From the IMG/VR virus record IMGVR_UViG_3300027545_000003, positions 1 to 42,290 of that record: a stretch of DNA of 42,290 bases. One strand, 5' to 3'. The notes below the pieces were generated by a model, which did no database searches, had not been told where the DNA came from, and saw only the letters and a program-made list of their open reading frames with translations. Of this stretch, positions 18,336 through 28,153 are shown piece by piece. The DNA is from a virus. Its lineage: Duplodnaviria; Caudoviricetes. Both the position numbers and the translations under genes were made by a program. Every line of letters starts with the position of its first letter. Position 1 is the first letter of the stretch.

Positions 18336-19751
18336 ATGCAAGGAATTGGAAATTACGGCCAAGTCGTAGACGGGCAACTGATGGGCCCCGCCGGCGGTGT
18401 CCCCGAGTTGCTGCGAAACCAGGGCCTCGGTGACTTCGTGGCGGCCAAGCGCAACGCCAGCGTCACGCGCCAGCGCCGCGTCACGGAAGCGGCGAAGCTC
18501 TACGCCGACGTCCTTCAGGGTCGCCTTGATCCGGTCTTCCTCCGCGAAGCGATCATGCCGCGCAACGAGGTTTTCGTTGCCCACCTGATGGAGAAGTACC
18601 CGAACCTCTACCGCGACGACAGCACCGGGCGGCAGCTCCTGGGATTGCGCGAAACGATGAGCGTTACCGATTATCAAGCGCTCTACGTCGACGTGCTCGA
18701 CCGCCAGTATTACGGGTACTACAACGCGTACCCGATCATCAACAAGCCGCTGGTGAAAGTTCATCCGCTGCGCGACTTCCGCGTGGTCTCGCGCTATCTG
18801 CTGGACGGCGCGGTGTCGCCGTACCTACCCATCGGGCGCAACCGCTCGACGCAGACATCCGGCGGTGGCCCCGCTGGCCCGGTCAATCAGACCGCGCTGA
18901 GTGGTCCGGTTCCTCAGGACGGCGCGACCTTCCCGACGACCAACACGGCACCGATCCAGTACCAACCCCTCGCCTACGGATCAGACACGGCCGTTAACTG
19001 GGCCGCGTTTGTCAACGATGACCTTGGGATTTTCCAGGACCTGCCGAAGCGTCTCGCGATGCAAGGGAATCGCGGCGTCTCGCAGTTCATCACTCAGTTT
19101 TTCTTCGGCTCGGCTGGTCTCAACGCTTCGCTATTCAAGGCCGGCTACAAGAACCTGATTACGCCGACCTACGGAGCACTGGCGACCAATCCGCCCATCG
19201 GCTCGCAGGGCTTGATGGATGCCCTCAAGGTCTTGGCTGGGATGCTCGACTCGAGCGGCAACCCGATCATGATCGGCGGCAAGATGTACCTCATTCATGG
19301 ACCTTCACAGATGGCCGCGGCGAACAACGCAATCAAGGCCGTCAACATGTTCGTGACCAACGAGGGCGGTTCGCAAACCACCAGTAATTCATTCATTCAG
19401 CAAATGCTGCAAGTACCCAACTGGGTGGCGAACAACATCACGCCGATCATGGACCCGCACATGCCGCTAGTGATGGCCGGCGCGGCGGGCAACATCGCGC
19501 AGACCGCGTGGGCCTTGGTTTGCGATCCAGATGAACAGGAACGGCCGGGCGTCGAAATCGGCTTCTTGCAGGGCTACGAAACCCCGCAAATCTTCCAAAA
19601 GGTTCCGAACACTATGCGGGTGGGCGGTGGCGTCGACCCGATGATGGGCGACTACTACTCCATGGATCAGGAGATGAAGATTATCGGAGTAATGGGGGGT
19701 AGTGTCATTGACGGTCGGAGCATGGTTGGCTCGACTGGCGCGAACGCTTAG
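18336..19751 (+). CDS. Major capsid protein (HK97 fold, Mu gpT-like family)
   Basis: LRETMSVTDY..LYVDVLDR, LRDFR, EIGFLQGYETPQIF; GGAG RBS. Confidence 0.9.
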   Translation: MQGIGNYGQVVDGQLMGPAGGVPELLRNQGLGDFVAAKRNASVTRQRRVTEAAKLYADVLQGRLDPVFLREAIMPRNEVFVAHLMEKYPNLYRDDSTGRQLLGLRETMSVTDYQALYVDVLDRQYYGYYNAYPIINKPLVKVHPLRDFRVVSRYLLDGAVSPYLPIGRNRSTQTSGGGPAGPVNQTALSGPVPQDGATFPTTNTAPIQYQPLAYGSDTAVNWAAFVNDDLGIFQDLPKRLAMQGNRGVSQFITQFFFGSAGLNASLFKAGYKNLITPTYGALATNPPIGSQGLMDALKVLAGMLDSSGNPIMIGGKMYLIHGPSQMAAANNAIKAVNMFVTNEGGSQTTSNSFIQQMLQVPNWVANNITPIMDPHMPLVMAGAAGNIAQTAWALVCDPDEQERPGVEIGFLQGYETPQIFQKVPNTMRVGGGVDPMMGDYYSMDQEMKIIGVMGGSVIDGRSMVGSTGANA

Positions 19752-19821
19752 GAGCAAGCGAGTGATTCTCAATAGCGCCATGACCATTATGCGAGTTGTG
19801 GCGCTCTTTCTTTTCGGCACC

Positions 19822-20304
19822 ATGCCTGTTTTCACATACCAGTACGGACAGAATCCCGCTATTGACTACCCGCGCATGCTCGTCTCAGATACGCAACAGT
19901 TCGGCGCGGACGGCACGACGCCAATCTTCGCCTTCTACGATGAGGAGATTCAATCGGCGACTCAGATCGAGCTGTCGGTGTGGCAGAGCGGGCAATACTG
20001 GAGCGGCCCACAGGGAATCGCGAATCTCGGCAACTCCCCGATGCCCTGGCGCAGGATTGCGGCGACACTCATCGATTGCCTGGCGAGCAATCAGGCGCGG
20101 ATTTCGCTAATTTCCCAGCAGCTCGACACGAAACTGAATCCGGGTGCGGTGAAGGATATGCAGGCACAGGCGGCAGCGCTTCGTCTGGCAGACGACAACT
20201 CCGGCTCTTTCGCGATTGTCGAGCAATGCAACGATTATTTCTCATTTTGCGATAGGTACTGGAAGACAGTGCAGCGTCAGAGCGCAGGAGCGCCGATCGG
20301 ATGA
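19822..20304 (+). CDS. Head-tail adaptor
   Basis: RMLVSDT...FYDEEI motif; follows MCP. Confidence 0.75.
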   Translation: MPVFTYQYGQNPAIDYPRMLVSDTQQFGADGTTPIFAFYDEEIQSATQIELSVWQSGQYWSGPQGIANLGNSPMPWRRIAATLIDCLASNQARISLISQQLDTKLNPGAVKDMQAQAAALRLADDNSGSFAIVEQCNDYFSFCDRYWKTVQRQSAGAPIG

Positions 20305-20708
20305 ACCAGGCCGCGCTCAACTATCCGCTGGCGAACATTATGCCGCAGGGCTACGCGGCGGGAATGTTCCCCTCCCTCGCGACGCTCCAACAGCTCGTCC
20401 AGGATCAGGGTCCGACCGGCAACCCTACCGGGGCATGGGTCAACGTATCGGGAGTCGTGAATGTCCCGTGCAAGGATGCGCCGGCGTCCATCGCCAGAAT
20501 CCAGGCGACAGAGATGAAAGACGTGGCCGAGATCATGGCTAAGGGCCTTCGTCACGTGCTCCTAAATCAGTGCTTCCTGAACGCGCCCAACTGGGCGGCG
20601 ATGGCTACCAGGATGGTGGTCGACGGATTCACCTACGAAGTCCTCGGCGCAGAGAACGACAGCGACACGATTCAGACCCGGGTGGACTTACAGTTGGTGC
20701 AACTTTAG
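20301..20708 (+). CDS. Head closure protein
   Basis: Position; MVVDGFTYEVLGAEND beta pattern. Confidence 0.7.
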   Translation: MNQAALNYPLANIMPQGYAAGMFPSLATLQQLVQDQGPTGNPTGAWVNVSGVVNVPCKDAPASIARIQATEMKDVAEIMAKGLRHVLLNQCFLNAPNWAAMATRMVVDGFTYEVLGAENDSDTIQTRVDLQLVQL

Positions 20709-20715
20709 ATGGTAA

Positions 20716-21135
20716 ATGACGTTAAAGGCCAAACTCTTCTCCGCGGCTTCGGTCAACCCAGGCTTGCAAGCGCTGCTCGGCACCAGCCCGTTTCGGTGGT
20801 ACGATACTCAGCTCCCACAGACGGCGACATTCCCTGCCGTCGTGGTGTTCCAGGTGAGCAACCCGCGGGATTACGTGGTGGGCGGCCGCATGTCGACCTC
20901 GTGGAACCGAATACAGTTCACGGTGTACGGGACGGGGAACGACAGCCAAAACGCATCGGCCGTGGTTTCGGCGCTGGAAGATTTCCTAGCCGGGTTCAGC
21001 GCTTACAGCGTCTCGCAGTTTCCGAGCAACGCAAACAGGATTGTGAGCGACCGCGACGGCGGAGTCGCCCAAACCCAGCCGCTCACTTATCAGCGGTTCG
21101 TGGACGCAATTATTCTCAACGACGAGGCAATTTAA
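20716..21135 (+). CDS. Tail terminator (DUF3168-like)
   Basis: LPQTATFPAVVVFQVS, RIQFTVY. Confidence 0.8.
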   Translation: MTLKAKLFSAASVNPGLQALLGTSPFRWYDTQLPQTATFPAVVVFQVSNPRDYVVGGRMSTSWNRIQFTVYGTGNDSQNASAVVSALEDFLAGFSAYSVSQFPSNANRIVSDRDGGVAQTQPLTYQRFVDAIILNDEAI

Positions 21136-21144
21136 GGAGCTACA

Positions 21145-21597
21145 ATGTCTGACACTTCCGCACTCGGCCCCTACGTTCCAGTACAAGGGACCGTCTTCAA
21201 CATCGACAACGGCTTGTCGCCTGACTCCTTTGTGCCGGTGGCCAATGTCTCGTCGATCACTCTTCCGACCGTCCAGAAGACCATCGACGTCACCAACATC
21301 GGCGACCTATGGGTACGCACGGTGCCGACCCTCAAGGACATGGGCAAGATTGCACTCAAGCTGTTCTGGCAGATGGCAGACACCACCCAGAACAACAGCT
21401 CGCCGTACGGGCTGCGCTACTGCCTCGTGGCCTACCCGTCGCCCGTCCGCATCTTCAAGGTGCAGTATCCCGACACGGCCGGCTCACAGGACGTGTTCCC
21501 GGCCTACGTGGTCGGATTTGAAGTAACCGGCGCGGTAGGCAAGTCGTGGGAAGGCTCGATCGATATGGCCAACAGCGGCGCCCCGACGCTCTGTTAG
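21145..21597 (+). CDS. Major tail tube protein
   Basis: TIDVTNI...PTLKDMGKI, FPAYVVGF, SGAPT; AAGGAG RBS. Confidence 0.85.
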   Translation: MSDTSALGPYVPVQGTVFNIDNGLSPDSFVPVANVSSITLPTVQKTIDVTNIGDLWVRTVPTLKDMGKIALKLFWQMADTTQNNSSPYGLRYCLVAYPSPVRIFKVQYPDTAGSQDVFPAYVVGFEVTGAVGKSWEGSIDMANSGAPTLC

Positions 21598-21606
21598 AAT
21601 GGCGGA

Positions 21607-22011
21607 ATGCCAAGCCCTGTTAACGGATTAGACGCGCCGGCCAAGACCGCACCAGTGAAGGTCGGCGCGGCAACTTACGAGCTTCAATGGGGGCCACTCG
21701 CAGAATACATCCTGAGTTCGCGAGCGCTCACCGTATTCTCGATGCTTCCAGAGTTAAACGCGGGCGGACCCCGCGCCACGGCCTACAGGATCGAAATGCT
21801 CGCGGCATTCACGGCGCATCAGTTCCGCGCGGATGCAGCCCCGAACACCCGGGAATGGGCGGCGCGTTTACTGCCTGGCCAACTGGACGAGGCCTTCCTG
21901 GCGATGCGCGGCTTGCTCATCGATGCCGGGCAGTGGAGACCGCTGGCGCAACCAAAAAACGTCCAGGCTCCGACCACGGAGCCATCGACGGACCAAGCCC
22001 CGAAAGCGTAA
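21607..22011 (+). CDS. Tail assembly chaperone (gpG analogue)
   Basis: Between tail tube and tape measure; ends shortly after a slippery site. Confidence 0.8.
   Translation: MPSPVNGLDAPAKTAPVKVGAATYELQWGPLAEYILSSRALTVFSMLPELNAGGPRATAYRIEMLAAFTAHQFRADAAPNTREWAARLLPGQLDEAFLAMRGLLIDAGQWRPLAQPKNVQAPTTEPSTDQAPKA
21954..21960 (+). other. -1 programmed ribosomal frameshift site A AAA AAC
   Basis: X XXY YYZ heptamer in frame (CCA AAA AAC); the -1 frame stays open to 22448. Confidence 0.8.
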
Positions 22012-22448
22012 TCGAGCGCATCACCCGGGAGTGGGCCTTTGCCACTTCGCCGGATGGCCTACGCCTGTCTCCCGCGCGTTTCTGGCGTTCCACGTGGAAC
22101 GGCCTTGCGGCGCTGAAGGAGGTCCACGCGGCTAAGGAACGCGGTAAGCGGTACCGTTGGGCCATTGGAAGGGCTGAGTACCGCAACGCCAACCGCCTGC
22201 TGGGCGAGCACCCAGCGGTGCTGTGGATCGCCGAAGACTTTTTGGGGACGGGCGACCGCTCCGCACGCATCATCGAATACGACCGCAAGCAACTGGAGAC
22301 GCGGCGGATTGCGGCTGAACTCGCCAAGATCACACAAAAGAGCGACCCCAGGGGACTGCCTTCGTGGGCGATCGCCAAGGGCTCGGGGCCTGGCGGCGGG
22401 TGGACGGATGCGGAGATCGCGAAGGCATTAGGAGGCAAGCGTGGCTAA
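21960..22448 (+). CDS. Frameshifted C-terminal part of tail chaperone (gpGT analogue)
   Basis: -1 frame ORF containing LRLSPARFWRST, typical of gpT. Confidence 0.75.
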   Translation, partial: RPGSDHGAIDGPSPESVIERITREWAFATSPDGLRLSPARFWRSTWNGLAALKEVHAAKERGKRYRWAIGRAEYRNANRLLGEHPAVLWIAEDFLGTGDRSARIIEYDRKQLETRRIAAELAKITQKSDPRGLPSWAIAKGSGPGGGWTDAEIAKALGGKRG

Positions 22449-25400
22449 CCAACCGCTAGGCGAGCTAGATGTTGTCATAGGCGTAGATTGGTCCGATCTC
22501 CAATCGGGACTCCAGGATGCCATTCAGGCCGCAGAAAGCGCCGCTGAATCCATCCAGGGGGCTTTTAGCGACACCGGCGCGTTCGATGACCTAGTTGAAT
22601 CCCTCAATGGCCTGTCGTCTGCGCTGGACGGCCTGGGCGCGGGTGCCGGTGGCGATGCCATCGCGGAAGTGGGCGATGCTGCGGGCGAAGCGTCCAGCCA
22701 GCTCGAGCTATTCGGCCAATCAGCCGATCAAGCGGGGCAGGCCGTTGCCAGCATTGCCGAAGCGGCATCCGAGACCGGCGACGCACTCTCCGAAGTGGGC
22801 GACGGCGCGAGCCAAGCCGACGACTCCCTTTCTGAGCTAACCGATTCCGCCGGCGAAACGGACGACGCGATTTCTGAGTTGGGAGACTCAACCGGTGAAG
22901 CGTCCGACTCGCTAGCGGAGATAGGGGACGGTGCCGACGAGGCAGAGCAGTCGCTGTCCGCCCTGGGCGACGCCACATCCGAGGCAACCGGATCACTCGG
23001 CGAAGTGGACGACGCTTCCGCTAGCGCGGGCGATTCGCTCGGCGCTATCGACACGGCGGCGTCTGGGGCAAGCGAGTCGCTTGATACCGTCGCTGGGAGC
23101 GCGGAGGAGACTAGTCAGGCGGTCGGGGGCGTGGGCGAATCAGCCGAGGAAGCTGAGGGCGGCCTCTCGGACATGGTCGAGCAACTTACGCTCTTGGGCG
23201 AAGCGCTGGCCATCACGGAAGGACTGAAGGAATTCGGCGAAGAGGCGCTGAACGCTTACGGCACCGTCCAGAGCGTCACGATTGGCCTAACGGCGCTGAC
23301 GGGGTCCGCAACACAGGCAGATGAGGTAATCGAGCAAATCAAGGAGTTGGCGGCGACGGAACCGTTCGCCTTCCCGGAGATCGCGCCGACAATTCAAAAG
23401 ATGGTCGCCTTGGGCGTCTCGACCGATGAAGTCGGCGGCGTAATGCAGGCTGTAGCTGACACGTCTGCCGCGACGGGAAACGCGTTCGCCTCCGTGGCCA
23501 ACATGCTCGATAGGATGAGTCTTTCCGGCACGGCCAACGCCCGCTCACTGTCTACGCTCGGGATCAGCACCCAGCAACTGGGACAGGCGATGAACGCGCT
23601 TGGCGGCAGCGTCGGAACGTCCACCGCCCAAATTACGGCCGCTTTTAAGGCACTTGACCAATCGCAGCGCATCGCCGTTCTTGAGCAGGCGCTGTCTCAA
23701 TTTGCGGGAACCGCCGAAGCCGAGGCGCAAGGCATCTCCGGCCAGTGGCAAATCTTTCAAAATCAGTTTGAGGAAGTGATGGTCGGGGTTGGCGCGGCGC
23801 TGGCTCCCGTCGTGGGCGATATCCTCCAATTCGGGGAATCGGTGCTACACGGACTCCAGGAAGCTGCGGAGGCGTTCGGAGAGCTTCCCGAACCCGTCCA
23901 GGAGACGACTGTAGCGCTGGGGCTCGCTGTGGCGGCAATCGCCCCGCTCGCTGCCGGGCTAGCGGCGCTGGGGCTCGGGGTGGTCGGGCTCCAGGGCATC
24001 ATCCCCGCGCTTACCGGCATCGTGGGAGCGCTCGGGCTGGCGAGTGAGGAGGCAGCAGTATCCGAAACCACGCTTGCGGAGTCGGAGGCGGCGGTAGGTC
24101 TGGCGGCAACCGAGGCAACGCCCCAAGTCGCGGATTTGGCGGTAGCGGAGGGCGCGGCGGCGGAAGGAGCCGAAGCGGCAGAAGGCGCGGTTGTACTCGT
24201 CACTAGCGCACTGGACGGTGTGGCGGAAGCCGCGATCGCCGTAGCGGCGGCGTGGGGTGCATGGAAGATTGCGGAATGGGCATCCGGAGACGCACTCGCG
24301 CTCGAAGGCGCGCTCGCGGACATTACTTCGTTCGTCAAGAGCGTCGAAACCGAAGTTACAGCCCTGTCGCGCGATTTCTCGGATCTGGTGCAGGTTGGCG
24401 TCACGGCGGCAATGACCGAAGCCGGAACCGCGATCACTGCCGTGGGTGGCTCAATCTCGGCGCTGGTGGGTATTCTCCCGTCCGCCTCGCAGGGTACATC
24501 TGCTTTGGCTGGAATGGTCAATCAGCTCAGACTTGACGGCCTGAATGCGACCACATCCGTAGGTTCGCTCAGCAGTTCCGAAAAAACCCTTGAGACAGCG
24601 ACAAATGCGGCGGCGGTTGCCGCTGGAAGTGCCGGGAGCGCCGTCAGCCTTCTCGGCACTTCACTCGGCGACGCCAAAACAAAGGGCGACGGCACGCACC
24701 TGACGATGCAGCAACTCATCGACGATCTGGATATGATCCCGACCGGCGCGCGCGCCGCCCAAGTCGCCGTCGATGACATGGTCGCCGAGATTGAGAGCAA
24801 GAGTGCGACAGCGCAGCAGAACCTGCAAACTGTCGCGGCGGCCTACCTGCAGATCGGCACGGACGCGAACGCATCTGCGGCGGATGTCGCAGCGGCGCAG
24901 ACGGCCATTGATAAAGCCGTCAAGGAGAGCGGCAACGATTACGGGGCGCTGGCGACAGCTCTGCAAACAGCCGCTCAGGCGCAAGGCGTTTCGCTTCAAA
25001 CGCTCATCACTCAGTGGGAGAATCTTCAAACCACCGGAACCGGAAGCGCGAAGGATATCCAGCAGGCGTTCCAACTCATCCAGACATTCGCGACGGCCGC
25101 GGGTGTTTCGATGCAGGGCCTCGTGTCGGCGATCAACGCCGTCCAGTCTTCGACCGGGGGAATGTCGGCGGCCATCGTCAACGGAAAACTCCAACTCGTG
25201 GGGATTGGAGATCAGGCCGGAACCACCGGCGGCCAGGTCATGCAGGTCAAGGATGCGACCGACAACCTGACGAGCAGCGTTACGGTGCTCACCAGCGCAG
25301 CCCCGAAGGCGGCCGCTTCGCTCCAGTCGCTCAACTCTGCGGCGGTTCAAACTAGCAGCGGACTCAAGGGCGCGAACGCCGATGCAACGATCCTCGCGGG

Positions 25401-27126
25401 AACCATCGCGGGTTCAGGCGGATTGGTGTATGCAGAAAGCGCTGCCGGCAGTGCAACTGCCGCGCTGACTGCGGCGATGGGCGATAACAGCTCTGGCGTG
25501 ATCTACGCTATCAGCACAGCCGGCAACGCAGCGACACAGGCAGCTACGAGCATCACTAATTACGCGGAGGCAGAGGGGAATGCGGTTAATCCCACATCTA
25601 CCCTGACAAGCGACAACAACGCGCTGGCTACCTCCTTCGACAACGTGGCCACCGCAGCGAACAGCGCTGCGTCGGGCATCGGCAATGCGAGTGGCGCGGC
25701 GAGCAAAGGTGGCCAGTCTGCTTCGGAGATAGGCGCAGAGGAAGACGCACTCACCAATCCGTACGATGCCGTAGCGGAGTCCGCTGGAGCTGGCGGCTTG
25801 GCATCATCGGGATTCAACAACTCTCCCGCTGGCCAGGCGAGCGGGGCAGGAATCAACGTCAATCTACCTGGCGGCGCCGCTTACCAGAATCAGTACGCAG
25901 CGCAGGCGCTTGCCGCGGCGATGGACGTTGCGGCCACTTCCGCGACCAATGTGGCCACCGCGCTCGGCTCGGCCACAACATCGCTCGACTCAACCACCGC
26001 ATCCACCAAGGGGCTCGACCATGCACTAGTGGGCGGCTCGCTCCAGCCGTCGCTCGACATGACCACCGCATCGACGCAGGCCACGGACACGGCGATGCAG
26101 GATCTGATTACGTCGCTCGGGACCTCGTCCACCTCCGGGCTCGCCGGAGCGATTGGTACCGTAACGACGCTGGCGAACAAAGCGACCGAGGCCCTGAACG
26201 GGGGGCCGGCGATGGACAACACGCCCACGGGCGATGTCTACAACCCGATCACCACCACAACATCAACGACTGCCCCCACGACCACGACCGGCGACACCAC
26301 CACGTCAACGGATTCGAGCGGCAACGTCACGACCGCCAGCAGCCCGGCGACGGACGCGGAACAATACCAGGGCGACCTGCAAACGCTACAGACGCTACGG
26401 AATGAGAATCTCATCACCGCTCAGCAGTTCCAAGAGGCGATAGGTAATCTTGCGCTCGATCAGGCGCAGGGCATCGCGGCGCCTACCGATCTCAGTACGC
26501 TCTACCCGACTGCGGTTGCGACACAGGCCAGCAGCGGGACGAACCCACTCTCGAGTTCCACGCTTGCGGCGGGGCAGACATCCTCGACGCCGGGCTTCTC
26601 CGCGACGCAGCCGAGCGGGACCACGGTCGAGCCTGGCCTCGTCGACAATTCACAAGGGCAGTGGCAGTATTCGGCGACAGGCGCGAGCGGGGCCGGGTGG
26701 TACCAGTCCGATATCGCGGCCTCGTCGAATCCGCTCAGCGGGCCGACCACTGCGGGAACCAACCCGTTTACGCCAGCGCAGATCGCGGCGCTCGCTGGCG
26801 GCCAGAGTGTTTCTAGCGGGCCACTGACTCCGGCGCAGGTCGCGGCGGTGGGCGAATCCGTGGCGGCCTACGAGGCGGCGCATCCTCCAACCCAGAACTA
26901 CGCCGCGTCCACAGGCTCTTCGCCCTATAACTACAATCCCTACGCCGATCTGCCCGGCGGTGTTCCCACGGCGGCGATGCTGGCCACACAGGGCTCATGG
27001 AGCTATGGAGGCGGGTCCTCCGCGCCGGTAACAATCAACATCACCGGCATGACGCCGTCCAACGCGCAGACCGTCGTAAGCCAAATGACCACGGCGTTGC
27101 GGCAGGCCGGGGCCAAGATCACGTAG
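22441..27126 (+). CDS. Tape measure protein
   Basis: 1561 aa, Ala-rich; LGELDVVIGVD N-terminus; tape_meas motif ELAATEPFAFPEI; GGAGG RBS. Confidence 0.92.
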   Translation: MANQPLGELDVVIGVDWSDLQSGLQDAIQAAESAAESIQGAFSDTGAFDDLVESLNGLSSALDGLGAGAGGDAIAEVGDAAGEASSQLELFGQSADQAGQAVASIAEAASETGDALSEVGDGASQADDSLSELTDSAGETDDAISELGDSTGEASDSLAEIGDGADEAEQSLSALGDATSEATGSLGEVDDASASAGDSLGAIDTAASGASESLDTVAGSAEETSQAVGGVGESAEEAEGGLSDMVEQLTLLGEALAITEGLKEFGEEALNAYGTVQSVTIGLTALTGSATQADEVIEQIKELAATEPFAFPEIAPTIQKMVALGVSTDEVGGVMQAVADTSAATGNAFASVANMLDRMSLSGTANARSLSTLGISTQQLGQAMNALGGSVGTSTAQITAAFKALDQSQRIAVLEQALSQFAGTAEAEAQGISGQWQIFQNQFEEVMVGVGAALAPVVGDILQFGESVLHGLQEAAEAFGELPEPVQETTVALGLAVAAIAPLAAGLAALGLGVVGLQGIIPALTGIVGALGLASEEAAVSETTLAESEAAVGLAATEATPQVADLAVAEGAAAEGAEAAEGAVVLVTSALDGVAEAAIAVAAAWGAWKIAEWASGDALALEGALADITSFVKSVETEVTALSRDFSDLVQVGVTAAMTEAGTAITAVGGSISALVGILPSASQGTSALAGMVNQLRLDGLNATTSVGSLSSSEKTLETATNAAAVAAGSAGSAVSLLGTSLGDAKTKGDGTHLTMQQLIDDLDMIPTGARAAQVAVDDMVAEIESKSATAQQNLQTVAAAYLQIGTDANASAADVAAAQTAIDKAVKESGNDYGALATALQTAAQAQGVSLQTLITQWENLQTTGTGSAKDIQQAFQLIQTFATAAGVSMQGLVSAINAVQSSTGGMSAAIVNGKLQLVGIGDQAGTTGGQVMQVKDATDNLTSSVTVLTSAAPKAAASLQSLNSAAVQTSSGLKGANADATILAGTIAGSGGLVYAESAAGSATAALTAAMGDNSSGVIYAISTAGNAATQAATSITNYAEAEGNAVNPTSTLTSDNNALATSFDNVATAANSAASGIGNASGAASKGGQSASEIGAEEDALTNPYDAVAESAGAGGLASSGFNNSPAGQASGAGINVNLPGGAAYQNQYAAQALAAAMDVAATSATNVATALGSATTSLDSTTASTKGLDHALVGGSLQPSLDMTTASTQATDTAMQDLITSLGTSSTSGLAGAIGTVTTLANKATEALNGGPAMDNTPTGDVYNPITTTTSTTAPTTTTGDTTTSTDSSGNVTTASSPATDAEQYQGDLQTLQTLRNENLITAQQFQEAIGNLALDQAQGIAAPTDLSTLYPTAVATQASSGTNPLSSSTLAAGQTSSTPGFSATQPSGTTVEPGLVDNSQGQWQYSATGASGAGWYQSDIAASSNPLSGPTTAGTNPFTPAQIAALAGGQSVSSGPLTPAQVAAVGESVAAYEAAHPPTQNYAASTGSSPYNYNPYADLPGGVPTAAMLATQGSWSYGGGSSAPVTINITGMTPSNAQTVVSQMTTALRQAGAKIT

Positions 27127-27167
27127 CCGTCTGGCAGTACCACCAAACCTGTAGTACCCTTGTACCA

Positions 27168-27509
27168 ATGCCAAATCCTGAACTTGCCATCGGGACGCCA
27201 GTCCCGGACAATCTTATGGACATGAGCCTGGAGGATCTCCACAAGCTCCACGCGCAGTATTGGGACGAACACGCCCATGTCAAGGCGAAACGCGCGGCCA
27301 TCAAGCCAGCCATCGACGCCAAGCAACTCCAGAAGGATCTAGCGACCCGCGCGGGCTTCGACAACATCCTGCAACTCGGTCCCAAGCGATTCACCCTGGA
27401 CAAGGCGAAGCAGTACCTGTCCGACATGGCAGACGGTATCATCGGGCTTCCGGCCAATCTCGTGGATCGGCTTAAGAAAATCGTCGACAGCGGGAGGGAC
27501 GAAGAGTAA
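27168..27509 (+). CDS. Hypothetical helical protein
   Basis: TACCCT 7 nt upstream of ATG; TAATG overlap with next gene. Confidence 0.65.
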   Translation: MPNPELAIGTPVPDNLMDMSLEDLHKLHAQYWDEHAHVKAKRAAIKPAIDAKQLQKDLATRAGFDNILQLGPKRFTLDKAKQYLSDMADGIIGLPANLVDRLKKIVDSGRDEE

Positions 27510-28150
27510 TGGCAACGACGATGTACGGCCTCGGGCGCGCTGGCTTCCTCACGGGCGCATCCGGCTTCGATTGGCTCACGGGCGCGATTCAACTTGCCTT
27601 TGTGACCAGCACCTATAGCCCGAACTACACCACCGACCAGTATCTCGGCGTCGCCGTTTCTTCGGGTTATATCATCGCCCAGAGCGGCACGTTCTCTTCG
27701 CTTTCGCAATCCCTCGGCACCGCGAACGCGGCCAACGAAACGGTGTCGTCGGTGACCGGCGCGCAGTTCTCCTACGTGACGCTGTACTCGTTCATCACGT
27801 CGAATAACCTCTCGCCGCTTATCATGAATATCGACACGGCGACCGGTTTACCATGCACACCAAACGGCGGGAATATCGTCGTACAGTGGGACACCGGAAC
27901 CAACAAAATCTTCACGCTGTGCGGCGAAGCCGACTACGTGGACAAGGGTGCATGGGCGACGATCCGCGACGCATTCGCGCATATTCTCGACCGCACCTAC
28001 ACCGGGCGGCTGTGGGCGGGCGTCCCGACCATTCAGCAGATGGAGCCGACGTACGAACAGGCTTGCGCTCAGGCCGAGTGGGCAGAGCGGCAGGCGAAGG
28101 CGAAAGAGATCGAAAAGAAGTTCGGCGGCCGCATTCCAGTTTTTAACTAG
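27509..28150 (+). CDS. Tail/fibre-associated structural protein
   Basis: DWLTGAIQLAFV...PNGGNIVVQW pattern of phage tail proteins. Confidence 0.7.
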   Translation: MATTMYGLGRAGFLTGASGFDWLTGAIQLAFVTSTYSPNYTTDQYLGVAVSSGYIIAQSGTFSSLSQSLGTANAANETVSSVTGAQFSYVTLYSFITSNNLSPLIMNIDTATGLPCTPNGGNIVVQWDTGTNKIFTLCGEADYVDKGAWATIRDAFAHILDRTYTGRLWAGVPTIQQMEPTYEQACAQAEWAERQAKAKEIEKKFGGRIPVFN

Positions 28151-28153
28151 CCC

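Noticed and set aside
23763-24521. Long antisense ORFs opposite tape measure, protease and other genes
   Set aside because: Expected in GC-rich coding DNA; no motifs or initiation signals.
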